From Trichlorobacter lovleyi SZ (GTDB lineage Bacteria > Desulfobacterota > Desulfuromonadia > Geobacterales > Pseudopelobacteraceae), in assembly GCF_000020385.1 (NCBI RefSeq), contig NC_010814.1, positions 3,060,001-3,092,000 of the forward strand: a stretch of 32,000 bases of DNA, given 5' to 3'. Below the pieces are notes generated by a model. The model was not told where the DNA came from. It saw only the letters and a list, made by a program, of their open reading frames with translations, and made no database searches. Below, piece by piece: positions 25,193 through 32,000 of this stretch. Positions within the stretch are counted from its first letter, which is position 1. Each line of letters begins with the position of its first letter. The position numbers were made by a program, and so were the translations under genes.

Positions 25193-25645
25193 ACCATCTC
25201 CGGTCCCTACGGCGAGTTTTTTGCCCGGGAGACCGAGGCCGAGATGATCTTTGTGGGGGGCGGGGCCGGCATGGCGCCGATGCGTTCCCACATCTTCGAC
25301 CAGCTGCGGCGTCTGCAATCCCAACGCAGAATCAGTTTCTGGTACGGCGCCCGCAGTCTGCGGGAGGCCTTTTACGTAGAGGAGTTCAACCAGCTGGCCG
25401 CAGAGCACCCCAACTTCAGCTGGCAGCTGGTGCTGTCTGACCCCCAGCCGGAGGATAGCTGGGACGGTGCGGTCGGCTTTGTGCACCAGTACCTCCACGA
25501 CGCCTACCTGCGCCAGCACCCGGCGCCGGAAGACTGTGAATACTACCTGTGCGGCCCACCGATGATGACCAAGGCGGTGGTTGAGCTGCTGCACAACCTG
25601 GGCGTGGAACGCAGCGCCATCCTGTTCGACGACTTCGGCCTGTAG
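25193..25645 (+). pseudogene. nqrF: 3' fragment of Na+-translocating NADH:quinone oxidoreductase subunit F
   Basis: [37 protein letters not shown]...[33 protein letters not shown] is the NAD-binding C-terminal domain of NqrF. It begins directly at the ISL3 right end. The tracked ORF start (25112) lies inside the IS. Confidence 0.85.
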
Positions 25646-25663
25646 GGCCATCGGGAGACGACC

Positions 25664-26122
25664 ATGCGCTTTGATCAGACCCGCGACATCCTGCAACACC
25701 AGGTGGCTGACTACCACCGAAGCCTCAGCCGGCTCTACCGGGACTGCACACTGCAAAACGCCTCACCCCGCAACCGGCTGATGCTGGACTACCTGAGCGA
25801 CCACGAAAGCAAGCTGGCCCAGGCCATCGACGAGTTCATGGCCGAGGCCCCCCACGAGGCGCTGGACTACTGGTTCAAGAGGATCGAGCGTCCCTTTCCG
25901 GTGGCCGACCCCGCCCTGCTGGACAAGGCCAGCCTGACCGACCTGGACCGCTTGACCGGTGCCGCGGTGCAGTTCAAGAGCGACCTGATCGCCTTCTACG
26001 ACCACCTGTTGCTGCAGTGCGACAGCGAGACCACCACCACCCTGTTCCAGACCCTGCGTGACCAGGAGGACAAGGCGCTCAAGCGACTCATCCGCCATGC
26101 CCAGGGACTGGCGGATCTGTAG
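25664..26122 (+). CDS. hypothetical helical protein between nqrF and apbE
   Basis: 152-aa ORF in the sense orientation of the operon. GC-rich codon usage is consistent with its neighbours. No motif recognised. Confidence 0.5.
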   Translation: MRFDQTRDILQHQVADYHRSLSRLYRDCTLQNASPRNRLMLDYLSDHESKLAQAIDEFMAEAPHEALDYWFKRIERPFPVADPALLDKASLTDLDRLTGAAVQFKSDLIAFYDHLLLQCDSETTTTLFQTLRDQEDKALKRLIRHAQGLADL

Positions 26123-26123
26123 G

Positions 26124-27170
26124 ATGGCGGTACTGCTTAGCCACCTCAGGCTGGTGTTGCCGGCCATGGCCGTCCTACTGCTGGCCGCCTGCCAGAGTCC
26201 ACCCAACACGGCCACACCGCTCAGGCTCTCCGGCACCACGATGGGCACCAGCTGGTCCGTAACCCTGGGCGGGCTGCCGGCCGGCACCACCCGTAACCAG
26301 TTGCAGCCCCTGCTGCAGCAACGGCTGGACCGGATCAACGCCTTGATGTCAACCTATGATCCGGCCTCGGAGCTGTCACGCTTCAACGACCAGCGCAGCA
26401 ACGACTGGTTTCCGGTTGCGGCCGAAACCGCGGCCGTGGTTGCGCTGGCCCAACAGATCAGCCGCCTCACCGACGGCGCCTTTGACGTCACCGTCGGTCC
26501 CTTGGTGGATCTGTGGGGATTCGGCCCCCTGCCCCGCGCCAGCCAGCCCCCCACAGTCCACCAAGTCGAACAGACACGTCGCCGGGTGGGCCACCGTCAC
26601 CTGCAGGTACGCCGGTCACCGGCAGCCCTGCGCAAGAGCGTGGCCGGGCTACGGGTCGACCTGTCCGCCATTGCCAAGGGCTATGCCGTTGACCAGCTGG
26701 CGGAGCTGCTGGCACAGTACGACATACACGACGCACTGGTGGAGATCGGCGGTGAACTGCGGGTATTGGGACATCGGCCTGACGGGCAGCCCTGGCGGAT
26801 CGCCATCGAACGTCCCGAGCCTGGATCCCGTGCGGTCGAAAAGCTGCTTGCCCTGCAGCCCACCGCTGTGGCAACCTCCGGCAACTACCGTAACTTTTAT
26901 CAGGCGGCCGGACAGCGTTATGCCCACACCATTGATCCGGCCAGCGGCTACCCGGTGCAGCACCGCCTGGCCTCGGCCACGGTGCTGGCGCCCTCTGCGG
27001 CCCAGGCCGATGCCCTGGCCACCGCCCTGATGGTGATGGGGGAGCAACGGGCCCGCAGCTTCTGCCAACGGGAAGGGATCGCGGCCCTGCTGCTGATCCA
27101 CCAGGGCTCCGCCCTTACCGCCGAAACCACCCCCGGCTTTGCGGCCCTGACTACCACGGAGCGCATATGA
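26124..27170 (+). CDS. apbE: FAD:protein FMN transferase ApbE (lipoprotein)
   Basis: Lipobox LLLAAC. ApbE signatures GTTMGTSWSV, AIAKGYAVD, SGNYRNF...HTIDPASGYP and AQADALATAL. Start chosen at ATG 26124 (MAVLLSHLRLVLPAMAVLLLAAC). Confidence 0.88.
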   Translation: MAVLLSHLRLVLPAMAVLLLAACQSPPNTATPLRLSGTTMGTSWSVTLGGLPAGTTRNQLQPLLQQRLDRINALMSTYDPASELSRFNDQRSNDWFPVAAETAAVVALAQQISRLTDGAFDVTVGPLVDLWGFGPLPRASQPPTVHQVEQTRRRVGHRHLQVRRSPAALRKSVAGLRVDLSAIAKGYAVDQLAELLAQYDIHDALVEIGGELRVLGHRPDGQPWRIAIERPEPGSRAVEKLLALQPTAVATSGNYRNFYQAAGQRYAHTIDPASGYPVQHRLASATVLAPSAAQADALATALMVMGEQRARSFCQREGIAALLLIHQGSALTAETTPGFAALTTTERI

Positions 27171-27328
27171 AGACCACCCTGCTGACCCTGCTCTTGATAC
27201 TTCTGGCCTTCGGCGGCATGGCCCTGGGCCTGCTGTTCGGGCGGCGGGGGCTGCGGGGCGGCTGCAGCAAGTCCGAACACGGCATCTGCACAAAGGAGCA
27301 CCACCCATGGCACCAACACCACGACTGA
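27167..27328 (+). CDS. nqrM: NqrM-like small membrane protein (Na+-NQR maturation factor)
   Basis: MKTTLLTLLLILLAFGGMALGLLFGRRGLRGGCSKSEHGICTKEHHPWHQHHD: one TM helix followed by a Cys-containing segment. ATGA overlap with the apbE stop. Position after apbE matches nqr operons. Below the ORF-track cutoff. Confidence 0.5.
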   Translation: MKTTLLTLLLILLAFGGMALGLLFGRRGLRGGCSKSEHGICTKEHHPWHQHHD

Positions 27329-27798
27329 TCGTCATCGGCGGCGATGCCGCCGGCATGAGCGCCGCCTCAAAAGTCCGCCGGGAAGACCCGAAGCGAGAGA
27401 TCGTGGTCTTCGAGCGCAGCCCCCACACCTCCTACTCGGCCTGCGGCATGCCCTACTTCATCGCCGGCCTGGTGGACGGCCCTGAAAAACTGGTGGCCCG
27501 CAGCCCGGAGAAATTCCGCGAAACATACAACATCGACGCCCGCACCGGTCACGAGGTGACCGAACTGGACCTGACCAACCAACGGGTGCGGGTACGCAAC
27601 CTGTCCGACGCCAGCGAGACATGGGAAGCCTATGACCAGCTGCTGATCGCCACCGGCGCCGAGGCGATCTTACCCAGGCTGGACAACAGCGATGCTGACG
27701 GCATCTTCGGTCTCTCCACCCTGGCCAGCGGCATCCGGATCCAGCAGTTCATGGACCAGCAGCTGCCCCGCCGGGCGGTGGTGGTGGGGGGTGGCTTC
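27307..27798 (+). pseudogene. N-terminal fragment of a CoA-disulfide reductase / NADH oxidase-family FAD oxidoreductase
   Basis: RLIVIGGDAAGMSAASKVRR...SYSACGMPYFI (redox Cys region)...LLIATGA...RAVVVGGG. Homology stops where the second Rossmann fold should continue, and the frame ends in unrelated residues at 27837. Confidence 0.7.
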
Positions 27799-27799
27799 C

Positions 27800-28387
27800 C
27801 ACTTCGGAGCCCGCTTTGCGGTGCCCTGGATCTTTAACCAGGTGGTCAGGACCCGCAGCCGAGAACTGTTCATCCTGACCATTATCTTTGTCGGCTTCGG
27901 CACGGCCTGGCTGACGGCTCAAGTGGGGCTCTCCCTGGCCCTGGGCGCTTTCATCGCCGGTCTGGCCATCTCGGAGTCGGAATACAGCCATCAGGTGATG
28001 GGGGATATCATCCCGTTCCGGGATGCCTTTATGAGTCTGTTCTTCATCTCAGTGGGGATGTTGCTCGATCCAACGGTGGTGTTACGCCATCCCTTGACGG
28101 TGTTGCTGATTGTGCTGGTGATCGTGCTGGTCAAATGGCTGGTGGCCACCGGTGCGGCGCTGGCACTGAAGTTCCCGCCCCGGCCGGCCTTGATGAGCGG
28201 CCTGATGCTGGCCCAGGTGGGTGAGTTTGCCTTTGTGCTGTCCCATGCCGGTCAGCAGTACGGATTGCTGAGCGGTGACCAGTACCAGCTGTTTCTGGCC
28301 GCCTCGGTAACCACCATGGCCCTGACCCCTTTTGCGCTCATTTATGCCGAACCGCTGGCCAACCGGATGTCCACCTGGCTGCCGGCG
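27800..28387 (+). pseudogene. internal fragment of a CPA2-type (Kef/Na+-H+ exchanger family) cation:proton antiporter
   Basis: RTRSRELFILTIIFVGFGTAWLTAQVGLSLALGAFIAGLAISESEYSHQVMGDIIPFRDAFMSLFFISVGMLLD... is the typical second half of the CPA2 transmembrane domain. It lacks a start, the N-terminal half and the normal C-terminus. It is in a different frame from the preceding fragment. Confidence 0.7.
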
Positions 28388-30823
28388 ATCCTTAAAGCTG
28401 GTGGCCGGGTTGTCCAGGGGGATCCCGAATTTTTTCTCCGGATTGATAGCGCTTTTGATCAGATCGGGATAACCGGTCACCACCGGGCAATTAAAGCTGT
28501 TCAGCGCATCTTCGAATTCCTTTTGTTCATACACGACGGTCGGATAAAAGATGCGGTCTACTTTTTTGTCAACAAGGTCGAATATATGCCCGTGGGCGAG
28601 TTTGGCCGGAAAACAGATATTTTCCGACATGACGGTGGAAGTGCCTTTTGCGTAAAGTTTCTGGCTGGAGGGAGCGGAAAGCACTACCCTGAAGCCGCAG
28701 GTGGTCAAAAAGGCGTTCCAGAAGGGAAAGTTTTCATACATGTTCAGGCAGCGGGGGATGCCGTAGGTGAGGCGGTGTTCGCCGATCGGCTCCATATCGC
28801 GATCAAACAGGAGCTTGGTCTGTCCGTCAAACAGATTTTTTCCTTTGCGCCCGGCATCCGGATTGTTGCTGAAATAGCGTTCGCAGCGGTTCCCCGTAAA
28901 AAAACGATTCTGGTTGCCAAACGTCAGTTCCAGCACCGCACACATGTTCTCGCAGCCGCTGCAACGCACCTCTCTTTTGGTAAAATCGGCCTGCGTCACC
29001 AGGTTGTCGAGGACATTCATCGGAAGTGCCCTGCCCCGCGTGGCGCGATGCATGGAAATGGCGGTCAGAGCCGCACCGTAGGCCCCCATCAGTTCCGGGA
29101 TATCCGGTCTGACTACTTCCTTGTTCAACAGGAGCTCTGTCGCGCGTAACACTGCCGGATTGCGGAATGTCCCTCCCTGGACGACGATTTTGCCCCCCAG
29201 TTGGTCGGTGTCTTTGAGCTGGAGTACCTTGAACAGGGCGTTCTTGACGACCGAATAGGCAAGGCCGGCCGAAATATCGGAGATAGAGGCCCCTTCCCGA
29301 AGCGCCTGCTTGACCTTTGAATTCATGAAGACGGTGCAGCGGGTTCCCAAGTCAAAGGGGGCATTCTGCTCACAGGCAATTTCAGCGAATTCCTGAACCG
29401 GGTAGCCGAGTGAATTGGCGAATGTTTCAATAAAGGAGCCGCATCCCGACGAGCAGGCCTCGTTGATATGAATGTCGACGACGACACCGTCAACGATGGT
29501 GATCGCCTTCATATCCTGCCCGCCGATATCCAGAATGAAGGAGACGTCCGGCTCAAACTGCTGCGCCGCCCGGTAGTGCGCCATGGTCTCGACCACCCCG
29601 TCATGCAGGCCGTAGGCTGCCCTTATGAGGCTTTCCCCGTAGCCGGTGGCAGCCGACCGTATGATGCGGGGTTGGAACGGGGCGGCGGCAAATGTTTCCC
29701 GTATCTCAGCCAATCCCTTTTTTACCGCCAGCAGGGGGTCGCCGTTATTGGCGCCGTAATACCCAAAGGCCAACCGTCCCTCTACATCGATAAGAACGAT
29801 TTTAGTAGTGGTTGACCCGGAGTCAATGCCCAGAAAGAGCTCTTTTTCTCCAACATATAGCGGATCGACCCTGGTGATCCTGGCTTGCTCATGTCTTTTT
29901 TGCCATAGATCAAACTCCGCCTTGTCGGCGAACAGGGGCTCCAGCCTGATGGTCTGGCCCTCTGCAATTCCGGCGGATTCGATTTCGGGCAGGGATAAAA
30001 GGCTGCGGATACTGCCCCGGAAGGGTTCTCCGTTGCGGATCATGGCTGCGCCCATTGCCGGAATCAGTTCCGAACGGTCCGGCAGCAACAGATCATCGGG
30101 ATGCTCGATCTCCAGCAGATCGGCAAAGGCCTTCCGCAGGCAAGGAATAAACGTCAGCGGACCGCCTCCCACGAGAATTTTCCGTTCCATATCCCGGCCA
30201 CTGGATAAGCTGACCACCTGCATGGCTACGGCATGAAAGACGGAGGCAGCGATATCCTCACGGGAAGCATTACGGCTCAGCAAGGCCTGGATGTCGGTTT
30301 TGGCAAACACACCACATCTGGAGGCAATGGGAAAGAGTTGCGTCGATTTTTCGGCCAGACTGTTCAGTTCCGACACGTCAACATTCAACAGCACGGCCAT
30401 CTGATCGATGAACGCGCCGGTGCCCCCGGCGCAGCTACTGTTCATCCGGATGTTGGGACGGCCGTTATCGTCGGAAAAGATGATCTTGGAGTCTTCGCCG
30501 CCGATTTCGATAAAGGTTTTGATGTCGGGAAAGTAGGTCCCGAGGTAGTGCGCGGATGCTACCACTTCCTGGACAAAGGGCACTCTGAATGCCTCGGCCA
30601 CGCCCATTCCCGCGGAACCGGTCAACGCCAGATCCAGATCCACATCTCCCAGCTCCTGGAGCGCCTCCAGGAAAATACTCCGGGTTGTCTCCATGGTTTT
30701 GCCCTGATGACGACGGTAGCGGGAAAAAACAAGACCACCCTCTTCGTTGATGATGACTACTTTGACTGTAGTAGAGCCGATATCGATTCCGGCATAATAG
30801 AAAACTGCACTATTTCGCGTCAT
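28388..30823 (-). pseudogene. 3'-truncated BcrAD/BadFG-type double ATPase (acyl-CoA dehydratase activase-related protein)
   Basis: Two actin-like ATPase starts, AGIDIGSTTVKVVII and LGIDSGSTTTKIVLI, followed by part of the activase-associated C-terminal domain up to ...KKFGIPLDNPATSFKD. The remaining ~100 codons of the tracked 913-aa ORF (to 28082) are antisense to the antiporter fragment and are not homologous. Confidence 0.78.
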
Positions 30824-31848
30824 ATAAGTTTCTCTCCCGCCGCCGGACCGTCGTATCTGTCAGTTGTTTTCCCCGTTTCCCTCTTTTTATTCAGGGGCAG
30901 GTAATCTCTGGTAGAACAGCAGGTGTCCACCAGGGAGACAATGAGCGACTCCGGATATCGTGGCGGCACAAGGGTTAATGGCCACATATGCTTTTTAATG
31001 ATGTCTTCTTCTTTTTGAGAGAGGTCTGTTATCCGGCGGGCATTGTTCAGGGCGATGGTATGATGCCTGAAGCCGTGCAGCCGCGGTCCTTCACGCAGCC
31101 AGTCGTAAAAGAAGAGATCGTGCAGCAGCGCGCCCCGGATGATCGCTTCACCATCCAGAGAGAGTCGCCGCCCCAGGAGAAAGCTCAGGTAAGCTACCTC
31201 CTTGACATGATCCAATCTCGTTTTTCCACGGTGATGCGGATATTGGGACAGTCTCGCCACATCAGGGAGGGCAAGAACCGGCGCTGCTGCATCCCTGAAT
31301 TCCAGATCAGCCTGGGCTCTTTCTTCCTTCGTCATGCGGAAAAAAGTCCGGACAACGGTCGTCAGCAAATCCACGAGCATGAAGGAAAGCACAACCCCGG
31401 CAAAGGCGCTCTTAACAACGGGGGGTAACTGCCCGAGCAGAACACGATATGGCGGCACTACCAGATATTCAAATGCAAAGGCCAGCGCCACCCAGTACAG
31501 TGAAAACTTAAGGCAGATATGCCCCTTGTAATGGAACCGCTCATCCGAATAGTCCCAGAGATGGGCGTGAAAAAGACGCTGGGCGATCACCCCCGAAAGC
31601 AGTTCGAGTCCGGTTGTGGCCACAAAATAGACCAGCGCCTTGACGGCAAACCCGGCAGCTAGCGTCTGCAGCAGGGCTGTCGCCACCATGAGAATCAAGG
31701 CGCCCGTGCCGTAAAGCATAAGATACGGACCCTTCAAGAGGCCCGGGTTTACAAATCGTCCGCCACGAGATGAACGATAGACAACCTCCAGTAACCACCC
31801 GAGAATTGCGAAACATGAAAAGGAAAAAAAATAATCTGTCATTGTCAT
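30820..31848 (-). CDS. membrane protein (ABC-transporter-type-IV/DUF1113-like N-domain) fused to an HD-domain phosphohydrolase
   Basis: FAILGWLLEVVYRSSRGGRFVNPGLLKGPYLMLYGTGAL plus further TM helices, then HD-domain motifs HHRGKTRLDHVKEV and LLHDLFFYDW. ATGA overlap with the downstream activase gene. Confidence 0.72.
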   Translation of the reverse strand: MTMTDYFFSFSCFAILGWLLEVVYRSSRGGRFVNPGLLKGPYLMLYGTGALILMVATALLQTLAAGFAVKALVYFVATTGLELLSGVIAQRLFHAHLWDYSDERFHYKGHICLKFSLYWVALAFAFEYLVVPPYRVLLGQLPPVVKSAFAGVVLSFMLVDLLTTVVRTFFRMTKEERAQADLEFRDAAAPVLALPDVARLSQYPHHRGKTRLDHVKEVAYLSFLLGRRLSLDGEAIIRGALLHDLFFYDWLREGPRLHGFRHHTIALNNARRITDLSQKEEDIIKKHMWPLTLVPPRYPESLIVSLVDTCCSTRDYLPLNKKRETGKTTDRYDGPAAGEKLI

Positions 31849-31850
31849 CT

Positions 31851-32000
31851 TCAGTTGGCCTTGCTCGCGACGGTCAACACCTTCAGCTGTTCAAGGGCAC
31901 ACTCGTAGCCTATCTGAATAATCTCCTCGGCCCGATCAAACTCCATGAACCGCAGGGTTCCAAGCGGCGGACGGATGATAAGAATATCCGGCATGTCCTG
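31851..32000 (-). CDS. C-terminal 49 codons of a patatin-like phospholipase-type protein (5' end outside window)
   Basis: The minus-strand frame reads QDMPDILIIRPPLGTLRFMEFDRAEEIIQIGYECALEQLKVLTVASKAN-stop. The L..F.EFD.A.E.I..GY pattern is typical of patatin-like (RssA-type) C-termini. Assignment rests on a short segment only. Confidence 0.4.
   Translation of the reverse strand, partial: QDMPDILIIRPPLGTLRFMEFDRAEEIIQIGYECALEQLKVLTVASKAN

Noticed and set aside
25166-27428. Long minus-strand ORFs (196, 191, 259, 128 and 124 aa) and the plus-strand 224-aa ORF at 26356-27030
   Set aside because: They lie antisense to or out of frame with nqrF', the 152-aa ORF and apbE in ~65 percent GC DNA, where stop codons are rare. 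Their Arg/Gly/Pro/Ala-rich composition is typical of such artefacts.
28082-28387. C-terminal ~100 codons of the tracked 913-aa minus-strand ORF
   Set aside because: The sequence (…RRQPGGHPVGQRFGINERKRGQGHGG…) is Gly/Arg/Gln-rich read-through antisense to the antiporter fragment, and is not part of the activase-related protein.
27692-29149. 485-aa plus-strand ORF treated as one gene
   Set aside because: Only about 27800-28387 is homologous to a real protein family (CPA2). The remainder is antisense to the activase-related gene.

Overview
This 32-kb window is almost entirely mosaic accessory DNA; no rRNA, tRNA or CRISPR array was recognised.

**Layout, left to right**
1. 1-2199: a partial IS21-family element (istB/istA, minus strand) inserted into a large tyrosine-recombinase-like gene.
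2. 3948-12167: a decayed integrative-element module.
   - It has an OB-fold/HD gene, a tyrosine integrase, an excisionase-like HTH gene and an XRE regulator.
   - It also has two metallophosphoesterase genes (one frameshifted) and three Xre/MbcA/ParS-type (DUF2384) antitoxin-like genes, with no RES toxin gene.
   - The rest is MazE-like fragments, three untracked small single-TM ORFs, a YdjM-like membrane protein, a MucR/Ros regulator and a small ORF cut by an IS.
3. 12168-14830: a complete second IS21-family element, then an rve-transposase remnant.
4. About 14990-22090: a strikingly AT-rich organohalide-respiration island, rdhT (trigger-factor-like), rdhC, rdhA, rdhB. A 2.48-kb tandem duplication creates a second rdhA-rdhB copy that differs at only 5 positions.
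5. 22188-25190: a CoA-acylating aldehyde dehydrogenase gene and an ISL3-family IS.
6. 25191-32000: GC-rich remnants.
   - These are the 3' end of nqrF, a hypothetical gene, apbE and nqrM.
   - Next comes a chain of gene fragments with no IS at the joints: a CoA-disulfide-reductase-like N-terminus, an internal CPA2 antiporter piece and a 3'-truncated BcrAD/BadFG activase-like gene.
   - Last are a membrane/HD-domain gene and the tail of a patatin-like gene.

**Likely source:** two near-identical rdhA/rdhB copies on an AT-rich, IS-flanked island in a GC-richer background match my recollection of Geobacter (Trichlorobacter) lovleyi. This is an inference that needs a database search.

**Best candidates for something undescribed**
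- Metallophosphoesterase genes are followed by overlapping DUF2384-type genes twice, without any RES toxin.
- Three small membrane ORFs with basic tails sit beside these antitoxin-like genes.
- A dense TTATA(G/C) inverted-repeat cluster lies at 10673-10736.

Much of that region also shows clear signs of gene decay, so these candidates are tentative.
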